A stretch of 64,000 nucleotides of DNA from Candidatus Atelocyanobacterium thalassae (lineage in GTDB: Bacteria; Cyanobacteriota; Cyanobacteriia; Cyanobacteriales; Microcystaceae): positions 160,001 to 224,000 of the forward strand of contig JBFPLN010000003.1 of the NCBI GenBank assembly GCA_051971635.1, read 5' to 3'. Of the stretch, positions 1 to 10,155 are shown piece by piece. Under the pieces are notes generated by a model. It was not told where the DNA came from, did no database searches, and worked only from the letters and a program-made list of their open reading frames with translations. The position numbers and the translations under genes were made by a program. Positions within the stretch are counted from its first letter, which is position 1. Each line of letters starts with the position of its first letter.

Positions 1-124
1 CATAAACTACTACATCAGCATGCTCTAATAAATTTTTACCTTTTACAGTGATTAAATTAGGGTCACCTGGTCCCGAACCTACTAAGTAGACCTTACTAAT
101 ATGAGTCTTTGATGTTGTATCCAT
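1..124 (-). CDS. cobA: Uroporphyrinogen-III C-methyltransferase (SUMT), 5' part, runs off the window edge
   Basis: Manual translation from ATG at 122-124: [41 protein letters not shown], the tetrapyrrole methylase N-terminal motif. ATG overlaps the upstream stop (TAATG). Confidence 0.85.
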   Translation of the reverse strand, partial: MDTTSKTHISKVYLVGSGPGDPNLITVKGKNLLEHADVVVY

Positions 125-900
125 TACTTTACTATCTCATCTACAATTAACTTAACAAGTTCAAAAGTTTCTCCTATTGGATATCCTAAATCAATCTGAG
201 TTCCAGGTAAATTATCTTGTATTTTTTGAATCTGTTGAGCAATAATATTTGTAATTTTTCCTCTAAAGAGAAAGTACGGAATAATGACAATTCTTACTTT
301 ATTTTGCTTTAGTAATATATTGATTTGATCAGATAAATTAGGCTTTATGCCCCAATAGGCTGTTTTCGCATTTAGTCTATTAGCAATAGTTTCAATAGTA
401 TTATTGCCGTCCTTAAAGTTACTACCATGAGAGATGATAATTCTAGCATTTATTTGAGAACATATTGAAAACTGATTAGATAAAATGTCGATCAATCCTT
501 TATAGCTACCCAAATAAGGACATAGTTCTAAATTCATATAACTACCTACTTTCTCATGAGCTATGCTAACTTCTAACGGAATATCCTGTTTAACATGAAT
601 TCCAGGAAATAAAAACATTGGAACAATTTTGAGATTTTTAATTCCATAGTTTTTTATCTTTAAGGAAAATTGTTGAATTTTTTTAGCTAAAGGAATTTTC
701 GATAATTCTAAAGTTGCTGTTTCAACAATAATTACTTGCGAGACATTTTTATAGTAAATGGTTGAAGTCTCACATAGAAATTGTTTATGAAGATAATTTA
801 GCTGCCAAGATATTAAATAAGATAATCTTTTCAGAGAAATCTGAGATTGTAAATTGCGGCTACCATGAACGACGAGAAGATAAGCGGATGTAGAAATCAA
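124..900 (-). CDS. Sirohydrochlorin chelatase, CbiX/SirB family
   Basis: Two HGS motifs (LLVVHGS, IISHGS), [15 protein letters not shown] and PYFLFRG; translationally coupled to cobA. Confidence 0.85.
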   Translation of the reverse strand: MISTSAYLLVVHGSRNLQSQISLKRLSYLISWQLNYLHKQFLCETSTIYYKNVSQVIIVETATLELSKIPLAKKIQQFSLKIKNYGIKNLKIVPMFLFPGIHVKQDIPLEVSIAHEKVGSYMNLELCPYLGSYKGLIDILSNQFSICSQINARIIISHGSNFKDGNNTIETIANRLNAKTAYWGIKPNLSDQINILLKQNKVRIVIIPYFLFRGKITNIIAQQIQKIQDNLPGTQIDLGYPIGETFELVKLIVDEIVK

Positions 901-1273
901 AATATTTGGAGTATATAATTATTATGTTGTAAAAAACCTAAAAAATTATTGATCAAAACTAATTTAGAGTAATAAATCAAAGTCTATTTTTTAAAGAAAA
1001 TCATATATCATAATGATGAGGAGAGTAACCCTAGTTCTTTTTTGTTTTTTTAAATTATTAACGTTTGTATGTATTTTGTTAATATTCTTTCTAAATAATT
1101 ATCTATTGATACATGGTCAATTAAATTTTTATTTGATAAAAAGTTTATCTAAAAATTAGAAAAAGTATACTATTTAATAACTATATAAACAAACCTCTTT
1201 CTTGATCCCTAATATTTTTGTTAGATGATATGGTAAGAACGCTTCTCTATTTTTCTAGTCTTTGTATAAAATA

Positions 1274-1882
1274 ATGTCTGATATAAATTCTTCTGTTAAA
1301 TTGAAACCAATTATATTAGATGCCCTACCAGATTTTATAATCTCTGGACATCATTGCTCTACTCATATTCAAAAGCATATAGATCTTATTTTACTTGCTC
1401 TTGAAGCGCTAGATTTAGGGGCATCAGAACAAATGTTAACAACGATAAAGCTTTTCAATCTACAAAAAATTATTAAAAATCGTATTACACTTTGGCGTCT
1501 ACGCTCTACTAATCCTTGGAGACGTGCTTATAATCGTGGTACTTTATCTCTTGAGCAGGCAAAAGCTCTAATTATAATTACAAATCATCATGTTAAACCT
1601 TTAACTTCAGAAATTAGACAGTTATTATTAGCCGAGCAACAAATGAGTGAGAATAAATTACCAGTAACTTGTCATTTTCTTTTGGCTGAATATTTGGATC
1701 AATTTCGTGCTCATTTTCATAGTCGCATGAATCCTAATCGTGCAAAAGTTTCATTGTATTTAAAGTCAGAACAAAAACTAAACGAATTGGCCTTAGTACT
1801 ACTTAAACAATTATTATTCTGCACAGGAACGTCTGGGATGAAACGTTTATGGGTTAGTTTATTTGATGGAGAAGTTGTATGA
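1274..1882 (+). CDS. DUF3038 family cyanobacterial protein
   Basis: DLILLALEALDLG, LWRLRSTNPWRR and LLFCTGTSGMKRLWVSLFDGEV. ATG at 1274 preferred over TTG at 1262. Confidence 0.8.
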   Translation: MSDINSSVKLKPIILDALPDFIISGHHCSTHIQKHIDLILLALEALDLGASEQMLTTIKLFNLQKIIKNRITLWRLRSTNPWRRAYNRGTLSLEQAKALIIITNHHVKPLTSEIRQLLLAEQQMSENKLPVTCHFLLAEYLDQFRAHFHSRMNPNRAKVSLYLKSEQKLNELALVLLKQLLFCTGTSGMKRLWVSLFDGEVV

Positions 1883-2505
1883 ATATTAAACGGTACTATA
1901 GTTTACCTAACTGTACTTTGGTGTTAGAAGGCTTAAATGATCAAGTTCCCTCTAATGAGACTCACCAAATGTTATCGATATTAGTTAACGCTGAGTGTCA
2001 ATTTACAGGTATTTCTCAAAAATTAGAAGGTGGACACATTTTTTTTGAAAATCTTGTCAAGGCCACTAGTGAATATGTCCAGGCTTATTTAGGCGGAACT
2101 CCTCCTTTTTTACATTCTTTACCAGCGAACAATATGATTAATATTGAAAAGCTTGCTGATGTAGATCTTCATTCGTTAACCTATTGTCCATCCACTGAAA
2201 ATAAAGATGTCGTCAAGGTTATATTAACAACAGTTCAGCTGTTTGACTTAGTAGAAGGAATTGACCAATTTTTTGCTGATAACTATACTTTACCTAGCTT
2301 TAACTTAGAATTAAAGCCAATACCTAATCGTTATCATTATTCTAATAAATCACTTACAGAACTAGTAATTCCGGTTGTTACAGCAGTTGCTAGTTTAACT
2401 TTTATGTCTTTACTATTATCCTTTATACCTATACCAGAAGTTGTTGAACCGAGACCTAGCTTAACTCCAGTATCTATAGAAATTTCTTCTCATATTCATA
2501 TATAA
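1879..2505 (+). CDS. DUF4335 family protein
   Basis: YSLPNCTLVLEG and LTTVQLFDLVEGIDQF motifs, C-terminal TM helix; ATGA overlap with DUF3038. Confidence 0.75.
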   Translation: MNIKRYYSLPNCTLVLEGLNDQVPSNETHQMLSILVNAECQFTGISQKLEGGHIFFENLVKATSEYVQAYLGGTPPFLHSLPANNMINIEKLADVDLHSLTYCPSTENKDVVKVILTTVQLFDLVEGIDQFFADNYTLPSFNLELKPIPNRYHYSNKSLTELVIPVVTAVASLTFMSLLLSFIPIPEVVEPRPSLTPVSIEISSHIHI

Positions 2506-2575
2506 AAAGAAAATATCTTCTTTTCTGAAATATTGTTTCATATACTCGTTAACTATATAGTGTTATTTTATGGTT

Positions 2576-3718
2576 TCAAAATTGAAAAACCTTACCTCCT
2601 TCAACTTTTATAATTTGCGAAGATTTTAACCACTCCGTATCAAAATTAGGTAAATGAGTAGTTGTAATAAGTGTTTGGAACCTTCCTTGAATAGCTTCTA
2701 GTAACTGTTTTTGTCGATTATTATCTAGCTCAGCCAAAACATCATCAAGTAGTAACAATGGAGGTTCTCCGATTACATCTTCAATTAACTGAAGTTCTGC
2801 TAGTTTAATAGCCAAAACTAAAGTTCTTTGTTGTCCTTGAGAACCATAAGACTTTGCTTGGTTTTTATTAATAGTGAATTCAACGTCATCTCGATGAGGA
2901 CCAACAATTGTTGTTGCAAGATTTTTTTCAACAGCACTACGCTGTTCTATTTTTTCCAGAAATCTCTGTTGTATAGCTTGATGATCTTCATTTTGAATAC
3001 TTATATTCGATAGATAATTAATCTCTAATAATTCTGCTTTTCCACTAATACTTTCATGCCATTTTTGCGCTAGCGGAACTAATCTCTGTATTACACGGTT
3101 CCGTCTTCTAATAACTCTTGTTCCTGCTTCTGCAAGTTGTTCATCCCATAATTTTAATTGAGATACTGTACTTAGAATGCTATTAGATTTTTCTTCATTA
3201 TTAAGTTGCCCTCGAATTATTTTGAGAAGAGAATTTCTTTGCCTTAAAATTTTATGGTATTGATTAATAATATGAGCATAAATAGGTTCCAATTGAATCA
3301 AAAGTGTATCTAGCCAAGTACGACGAATTTCTGGTGATCCCCTTACTAAATCTAAATCTAAGCAAGAAAATTCTACTGCATTAATGTGACCTAAAAATTC
3401 AAGATGACGATGTAGCTTTTCATGGTTCAACATTAGTGTACGTTTACCACTTGAACGAAATGTAATGCTTAGTTCAGATTCACCATATATTCTCTCAACA
3501 TTAGCTACAATTTGACTACTTTTTTCACCCTCCAATATCAGATCTTGATCTCGTCTTGTACGATGACTTTTTAAAGTAGCTAATAATTCTATCGCTTCAA
3601 GTAAATTAGATTTTCCTTGAGCATTATTACCTAGTAAAATTGTTTTTTGTGACTGTAAATTAACTGATTGTTTATAATAATTACGAAAAGTATATAGATT
3701 AATGTTTTTTAAGTACAT
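2576..3718 (-). CDS. recF: DNA replication/repair protein RecF
   Basis: Walker A GNNAQGKSN, GPHRDD, SQGQQRT, LLLDDVLAELD. Confidence 0.97.
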   Translation of the reverse strand: MYLKNINLYTFRNYYKQSVNLQSQKTILLGNNAQGKSNLLEAIELLATLKSHRTRRDQDLILEGEKSSQIVANVERIYGESELSITFRSSGKRTLMLNHEKLHRHLEFLGHINAVEFSCLDLDLVRGSPEIRRTWLDTLLIQLEPIYAHIINQYHKILRQRNSLLKIIRGQLNNEEKSNSILSTVSQLKLWDEQLAEAGTRVIRRRNRVIQRLVPLAQKWHESISGKAELLEINYLSNISIQNEDHQAIQQRFLEKIEQRSAVEKNLATTIVGPHRDDVEFTINKNQAKSYGSQGQQRTLVLAIKLAELQLIEDVIGEPPLLLLDDVLAELDNNRQKQLLEAIQGRFQTLITTTHLPNFDTEWLKSSQIIKVEGGKVFQF

Positions 3719-4096
3719 CTCAATTTTTAGATTAGCATAATTGTAAGTTTGCCAGAGAATAAAGACAGGTTCATATGTAGTAGGTTAAACATTTTTTTAT
3801 AAATCAAGACTATTATTAATAGTCTTAATTTCCTATATGACTCATCAAGCACTTTTTAAAAAATAGCTTTTACTTTTTATATTCAAGAATAGAATCAATA
3901 GTGTATTATTATATGTAATTGATTACATTTATTTACTAGCTTTTTATCAAAATAAATTTTTAAATGTTTTAAAAGAATTACTAATATTGAAAGAACAGTA
4001 TATAGAAAAAAAGTCTATATTCCGTAATACGATAATTTAAGAATATGCTATTCTTTTATAGATAATATTCATTTAGAAAGCAATTACTTAAAGCCA

Positions 4097-4975
4097 CTAT
4101 TTTTCTATATCTAGAGAATAAATTTGACCATCCATAAAAATACGAGTTATTCCTTTAGCTTGTAAATAAGAACAAGTTTTATATAAAAGGCGACTATCAG
4201 GAACCTTAATTACTCTTTGTGAACGATTAGAAAATCTACGAGCAAAGCGATGATTGTCAAATACTGGTAAGGTCTTTTGTTGTATCTCGCTAACTGGAAT
4301 TTGTCCTAAATGAGCAAACTCTTTTAATGGTCGTGCAATTAACTCTGCAGAACGGTCTATCACAAGGTAGCAAGTTTTTGGGAGTGTCGCATCAGAAAGA
4401 GGTAAGACACAAATATTACCATTCGTAAATAGAGACTCATCATAGTTTTCATCATCTTCATTACTATCTTCATCTTCTTCATCCCAATCTTCATAATTGC
4501 TTTCAAGATCTTCCCCTAACATTTCTCCTAAAGCTATAACATCTACATTTTCCAATTCATCATTTTCTTCTTCTATGATTTCTGTTTCTTCTGGAGATAA
4601 CAATAAATCTGGAATATATTTTACAGTTATTGGTTTAGGCTTAGTTAATAGCTCGTTAGATATTTTATCTGATAAAGATTCAGCGGTGCCAACATTCACA
4701 TCAGTTTTCTCTGATTCAGAAAGTAATTTCGAAATTTTTAAATTACTTTTGTTTGTTTTCTCAGTATTTCCTTGAATTTTACCAGTTCTTGCTAGTCGTT
4801 TTTGTTGAATTAATTCTTCATATTCTATATCTAATAGTGTATTTTTTAAAAAACGACTAATAGTAGAGCTACTTACACCATAACGATGAGCTAAGGTAGA
4901 AGTAGTTTCTGAAGTTTGACGATAAAGGTTAAGAATTTCCTGTTTATCATCATCGATTAATTTTTTAGGACTCAT
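4097..4975 (-). CDS. Conserved cyanobacterial protein with N-terminal HTH and acidic linker
   Basis: TTSTLAHRYGVSSSTISRFLK HTH, D/E-rich middle, conserved C-domain LPKTCYLVIDR...LPVFDNHR...KGIT. Confidence 0.75.
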   Translation of the reverse strand: MSPKKLIDDDKQEILNLYRQTSETTSTLAHRYGVSSSTISRFLKNTLLDIEYEELIQQKRLARTGKIQGNTEKTNKSNLKISKLLSESEKTDVNVGTAESLSDKISNELLTKPKPITVKYIPDLLLSPEETEIIEEENDELENVDVIALGEMLGEDLESNYEDWDEEDEDSNEDDENYDESLFTNGNICVLPLSDATLPKTCYLVIDRSAELIARPLKEFAHLGQIPVSEIQQKTLPVFDNHRFARRFSNRSQRVIKVPDSRLLYKTCSYLQAKGITRIFMDGQIYSLDIEK

Positions 4976-5170
4976 AATATTGTGCCTATTATTGTCAGTT
5001 TGACTCTATACTAATATTTTTATAATATTTGTTAAGATCGCCTCCTAGTAACCTAGGGATGAACATGTCTCGACAAATAGGCAAAATACTAGGATTATAC
5101 TAATTCTCTGATCTAGTTTATCGTCAATTGCTAAGTTTCATCCTTTTTAAATATTAAAAACTTAATTATT

Positions 5171-6325
5171 ATGAACATAATGAAAGGAGAGCCCGCTTTA
5201 TTAGTACTAGCTGATGGTACATTTTTTGAAGGCTTATCATTTGGTGCAAAAGGTACGGTTATGGGAGAAGTCGTATTTAATACAGGAATGACAGGATATC
5301 AAGAAGTTTTAACAGATCCAAGTTATTATGGTCAAATTGTGAACTTTACGTTTCCTGAATTGGGTAATACGGGAATAAACCATGATGATGATGAGTCTGA
5401 CAAACCTCATGTTTTTGGCGTTATTGCTAAAGACGTTACGTATTATCCGAGTAACTGGCGTTCAGTAGAATCTTTGCCAGATTATTTAACTCGGCATGGA
5501 ATTGTAAGTATTTACGGCATAGATACTAGACAGTTAACTCGCAGAATCAGATCCATGGGAGCAATGAATGGAATTATTTCTACAGAGGTGTTAGATAAAG
5601 AAGTTTTAATATCTAAATTGCAATCTGCTCCCTCAATGGAAGGACTAAATCTAGTTAAAAAAGTTAGTACTAGGAAAATTTATCATTGGTCAACTTCTAC
5701 AGATAAGAAATGGGAGTTCATAGAACATGGTAATGAGTCTATTGAAGATTTATTAACTGTCATAGTAGTTGACTTTGGGATTAAGCGAAATATTTTAAAA
5801 CGTTTAGTTAGCTATGGATGTAAAGTTATCATTGTTCCTGTTGACACATCATTTGATAATATTTTGAGCTATGCTCCTGACGGTATTTTTCTTTCTAACG
5901 GTCCTGGCGATCCAGCTTCGGTTAGCGAAGGTATAAATCTAGTAAAACTACTTATTACAACTGAAATACCTATTTTTGGTATTTGTATGGGACATCAAAT
6001 TCTCAGTTTAGCTTTGGGAGGTAATACATTTAAGTTAAGATTCGGCCACCGTGGACTAAATCAACCTTGCGGACTAAATGATAAGGTAGAAATTACAAGC
6101 CAAAATCATGGATTTGCTGTGTCTAAAGAATCATTAAACGAAGAAATAGAAATTAGTCATTTTAATTTAAATGATGATACTGTAGCCGGAATATGCCATA
6201 AAAAGTTACCTTTTTTCTCTGTTCAATATCATCCAGAAGCCAGCCCTGGTCCTCATGATGCCGATTACCTGTTTGCAAACTTTATTAAACTTATGCAGCA
6301 ATATAGAAACAGGTCAAATCTATAG
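5171..6325 (+). CDS. carA: Carbamoyl-phosphate synthase small subunit
   Basis: [47 protein letters not shown]. Confidence 0.98.
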   Translation: MNIMKGEPALLVLADGTFFEGLSFGAKGTVMGEVVFNTGMTGYQEVLTDPSYYGQIVNFTFPELGNTGINHDDDESDKPHVFGVIAKDVTYYPSNWRSVESLPDYLTRHGIVSIYGIDTRQLTRRIRSMGAMNGIISTEVLDKEVLISKLQSAPSMEGLNLVKKVSTRKIYHWSTSTDKKWEFIEHGNESIEDLLTVIVVDFGIKRNILKRLVSYGCKVIIVPVDTSFDNILSYAPDGIFLSNGPGDPASVSEGINLVKLLITTEIPIFGICMGHQILSLALGGNTFKLRFGHRGLNQPCGLNDKVEITSQNHGFAVSKESLNEEIEISHFNLNDDTVAGICHKKLPFFSVQYHPEASPGPHDADYLFANFIKLMQQYRNRSNL

Positions 6326-6367
6326 TTTTATGTATTTAAAAATATTCTATTATTAAAATATATCCCA

Positions 6368-6400
6368 ATAGTTTAATTCTATTGAGTAGAATTAAACTAT
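6368..6400. terminator. Perfect 14-bp inverted repeat after carA
   Basis: atagtttaattcta-ttgag-tagaattaaactat. Confidence 0.55.
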
Positions 6401-6913
6401 CAGATAATTTTTAACTACAAAATAAAAATTACTATCTTACATTTTAAAAATATCCTGGATGTATATTTAAGAAGTAATAAACTAAGTATATAAATAGTAA
6501 ATAGAAGATTTTACAAAAACAGTATCTAATAGGCGATTAAGCAACTAAGAATATTATGTTTGCAAGAAATATTATTTAATACTAACTTTACCTCAAATGG
6601 AATGCAATTATATAAATTGTAGATTTATAAACTATAATTTAGTTCTGAAGCTAATTTACTTGAATGGCTATTTTTTAATATTGAATAGAATTAAGACATT
6701 TTTAATTTATATCATGAATATTTATTATTCATAATATAAGGTACCTATGTTTGTATTGTCATTTCTAATAATGAAATAATATGATATTTTATACTCTTAA
6801 TTAAGAAACTAAGTCTATAGAAATTCCATACATTTTATATAACAAAATGAGGAAAAAGTTAAAAATATGAACTTTCATTGTTCTCTACTTTCACCCTATT
6901 CAAATATTAGCCT

Positions 6914-7801
6914 ATGCCCTGGACTAGAACTATAACAGCTATTATTGGTATCTTTTTTGCTTTAGGAATATTAATTATTGGCAAATGGCTTTTTACCGTT
7001 GGACTATGTTTGATAGTTTTTTTAGGACAATTAGAATATTTTCAGCTAGTTAGAGCTAAAGGAATTGTTCCTGCTACTAAAACAACCCTGATTGTATCTC
7101 AGATATTGTTGATCGTAGCGGCTATTGCTCCACATTTTACGGATGCTCTGTTTGCTTTAGCAGGTACACTAATCTGTTTTTATCTTCTTTTTCAGCCTAA
7201 ATTGGCTAGTATTGCCGATATATCCACTTCTATTTTAGGCTTATTTTATGGAGGATATTTACCTAGTTATTGGCTAAGATTAAGAGTAGGGTTTGACAGT
7301 ACCATTACAAGTACTAATATTGCGAATAATGATCTATTTGTTCAAAAATATTTGCCTAATTTATGGACAAAATCTGATTTTTTTTCTCCTGCTTTAAATG
7401 TTACCTGTTTAGCTTTTAGCTGTATTTGGGCTGCTGATATTGGAGCATATATTATGGGTAAATCATTTGGCAAGACTCGTTTATCTAACATTAGTCCTAA
7501 AAAAACTGTTGAAGGTGCAATAGCCGGATTAGTAGGAAGTATTGTAGTTGCAGAAATTGGTGCTTGGTATCTACAATGGCCTTATTTTTATTTAACTGGT
7601 ACGGTTTTAGGAGTCTTAATTGGAATTGTAAGTCTTCTAGGAGATTTAACTGAATCTATGATGAAGAGAGATGCAGGCGTAAAAGATTCAGGTAAATTAA
7701 TTCCTGGCCATGGTGGAATTTTAGATAGAACAGATAGTTATGTTTTTACAGCTCCTTTAGTTTATTATTTCGTAACGTTATTTCTACCACTATTACAGTA
7801 G
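6914..7801 (+). CDS. cdsA: Phosphatidate cytidylyltransferase
   Basis: SPKKTVEG, KRDAGVKDSG, PGHGGILDRTDS; multiple TM segments. Confidence 0.97.
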   Translation: MPWTRTITAIIGIFFALGILIIGKWLFTVGLCLIVFLGQLEYFQLVRAKGIVPATKTTLIVSQILLIVAAIAPHFTDALFALAGTLICFYLLFQPKLASIADISTSILGLFYGGYLPSYWLRLRVGFDSTITSTNIANNDLFVQKYLPNLWTKSDFFSPALNVTCLAFSCIWAADIGAYIMGKSFGKTRLSNISPKKTVEGAIAGLVGSIVVAEIGAWYLQWPYFYLTGTVLGVLIGIVSLLGDLTESMMKRDAGVKDSGKLIPGHGGILDRTDSYVFTAPLVYYFVTLFLPLLQ

Positions 7802-7873
7802 AAGTTCTAAATATAAAAATTTTATTTTAATATAATAATGTTATTTAGCATTTACATCATTTAGGTAAAAGAC

Positions 7874-8137
7874 ATGAAATTAAATTTTATAAATTGGTTA
7901 AATTATTTATTAGTAACAAATATATTTTTAATTTTTTTAGGATTTCTCTGGTTTTTAATAGCTGTAGTGGGTAATTTCCTTAATCTCCCCCTAGGCCTAC
8001 AACTATGGTATAGATTATGGAAGATATTATTTCAACCAGCTATTGGTATTTTATTTGTTAGTGCTTTTATGAACTGGTTAATTCAGAAGATCTTTATGTA
8101 TTGGGATACCATATCATCTAAAAAGAGTAAACAATAG
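7874..8137 (+). CDS. Small two-TM cyanobacterial membrane protein
   Basis: 87 aa, two hydrophobic helices, LPLGLQLWYRLW..LFQPAIGIL. Confidence 0.65.
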   Translation: MKLNFINWLNYLLVTNIFLIFLGFLWFLIAVVGNFLNLPLGLQLWYRLWKILFQPAIGILFVSAFMNWLIQKIFMYWDTISSKKSKQ

Positions 8138-8343
8138 AGATATATTATCCATAGCAAAAGATTACTCATCATAAACCGATAAAAATATGATTAATCTGGC
8201 AATACAATATCAAATCACTAAATATTTGTCTAAAATGTTATGGATAATTAAGGTAAGCTATATTATATGAACATTATTTAATAACAATCAGATAGATTGT
8301 TTAATGTTATTGCCATAATAGCTTGCGTAAAACTACTATCATT

Positions 8344-9024
8344 ATGAGTCAAAATAAGTCTATTGTTATTTCTCCCTCCATTCTCTCAGCTAATTTTAGT
8401 TGTTTACGAGAAGAAATTGAGTTGGTTGATAAAGCAGGGGCAGATTGGATACATATCGATGTTATGGATGGTCGTTTTGTACCAAATATAACCATTGGTC
8501 CGTTAGTGGTTGAAGCAATTCGTCCTTATACTAAAAAGCCATTAGATGTTCATTTAATGATCGTAGAACCTGAAAAGTACATCGCTGATTTTGCAAAAGC
8601 GGGAGCCGATATAATTTCCATACACGCAGAAAATAATGCATCTCTTCATTTACATAGAACTCTTGGACAAATCAAAGAATTAGGTAAGAAAGCTGGAGTC
8701 GTTCTTAACCCTGCAACTTCTCTAGCATCTATCGAACATGTTCTGGAAATATGTGACTTGATTTTAATAATGAGTGTTAATCCTGGTTTTGGAGGGCAAA
8801 GTTTTATTCCTGCAATGGTAAATAAAATTCATCAATTACGTCAAATGTGCAATGATAAGAAGTTAAACCCTTGGATCGAGGTAGATGGTGGTTTAAAACC
8901 AGAGAATACTTGGAAAGTCATAGAAGCTGGTGCCAATGCTATTGTAGCTGGATCGGCTATATTTAAGTCCACAAATTATGCGGAAGCTATCAGAGGGATA
9001 CGCGAAAGTAAATCTTCAAAGTAA
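8344..9024 (+). CDS. rpe: Ribulose-phosphate 3-epimerase
   Basis: [43 protein letters not shown] at 8344 preferred. Confidence 0.97.
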   Translation: MSQNKSIVISPSILSANFSCLREEIELVDKAGADWIHIDVMDGRFVPNITIGPLVVEAIRPYTKKPLDVHLMIVEPEKYIADFAKAGADIISIHAENNASLHLHRTLGQIKELGKKAGVVLNPATSLASIEHVLEICDLILIMSVNPGFGGQSFIPAMVNKIHQLRQMCNDKKLNPWIEVDGGLKPENTWKVIEAGANAIVAGSAIFKSTNYAEAIRGIRESKSSK

Positions 9025-9194
9025 AGATAGATTAATAACTTTTATAGTACCAATTGCTTTTTGAGAATAGTTTGTGCTCAGTAAATGTAAATATTGCAAA
9101 TAGGATTGTTAAGTCATTATCGTAGTATAGTCACTTGCCTTTCAAATAGACTAATTAGAAGGATTACTTAGCTCTAGTCTCTAAAAATACTTTA

Positions 9195-9214
9195 GGGCAT
9201 AATGTACTATGCCC
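9195..9214. terminator. Short GC-containing hairpin between convergent rpe and the DprA-like gene
   Basis: gggcata-atgtac-tatgccc. Confidence 0.45.
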
Positions 9215-9233
9215 CTACTATAATCTTTCTTAA

Positions 9234-9737
9234 TTAATCAAAATAGAAGAGTGTTACTAATTTCCTCTGTTCCTCTGCTTCTTCACAGGTTTGTAGTAGG
9301 GTATGACTATCATGAAAAGCAAAACAAATGAGTTGTTGACACCGGGATATTATTTCTCGATTACATAAAGCGCTAGCTTCTCCTAAAGACAAACTGTCAT
9401 TATCAGAATTTTCCACTAAATGAATTACTCTTTCTAACTGTTTTTTCGATTCTCTAGGTTGCTTATCCAAGCTTTGAGGTAATATTACAGTTAAAAGACT
9501 TGGATCTGCTCTCATAGCTCCTTTGATGGCAGCTGCATTAGTTCCTGTAGCTCCTGATGTCATTAAACGATTTCCGCCCAATACTAGAGCGTAACTCATC
9601 ATCTCAATTAATTGTTGGTGAGTAATAGGTACATGACGCGAACCTAATAAAGCAATTCTTTTAGAACCAGTTTGCTGTATTGCAGCCAGTTCCTGCGCCA
9701 AAGTATCTAAGGTAAGAATATCAAGTGGTTGACTCAA
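9234..9737 (-). CDS. DprA/Smf-like (SLOG fold) protein, short cyanobacterial form
   Basis: IALLGSRH, TSGATGTNAAAIKGA, CNREII, FAFHDS. Confidence 0.75.
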   Translation of the reverse strand: MSQPLDILTLDTLAQELAAIQQTGSKRIALLGSRHVPITHQQLIEMMSYALVLGGNRLMTSGATGTNAAAIKGAMRADPSLLTVILPQSLDKQPRESKKQLERVIHLVENSDNDSLSLGEASALCNREIISRCQQLICFAFHDSHTLLQTCEEAEEQRKLVTLFYFD

Positions 9738-9878
9738 AGATCCTCTTCTATATTAAATAAACGTACGCCATCTTAACAAAAGTTTCTTGATTGTGGTACA
9801 GACTTTACAGTTTTTCTTAATCTAATTTTTTGCTAATTAAGTTGAGATATAAAAAAAACAATATAAAATCTAAAAAGT

Positions 9879-10130
9879 TCAGTATTTTTTAATGCTTTTT
9901 TCTAACTGTACTACGGATATACGAGATAAAAAACGAGGAATAAATCTCTCTTTTTGAGGTAATTTTTGATATAAAACAAGAATCTCAAACTTAAAAATTT
10001 CGAACCATTTTTCACAGGTAGTAATATCTCTTATCTCTAACTCAAATTTTAAGTTTCGTATCTGTTTTAATTTTTTTTGTAATCCTTAGCATAAATAGCA
10101 ACCTGACTTTGTCTATAAAATAAGGTGTAC
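9879..10130 (-). pseudogene. Glutaredoxin-like (DUF836) pseudogene with two in-frame stops and no start codon
   Basis: Manual translation: VHLIL*TKSGCYLC*GLQKKLKQIRNLKFELEIRDITTCEKWFEIFKFEILVLYQKLPQKERFIPRFLSRISVVQLEKSIKKY*. TAG at 10113-10115, TAA at 10086-10088. Confidence 0.85.
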
Positions 10131-10155
10131 AACTAATTTCTATAATTTCCATAAT

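Noticed and set aside
4097..4975. Transposase or IS element
   Set aside because: HTH only; no catalytic motif, terminal IRs or target duplication.
9879..10130. Stop-codon reassignment or read-through making the glutaredoxin-like gene functional
   Set aside because: TAA and TAG end normal genes throughout the window, and the start codon is also missing.
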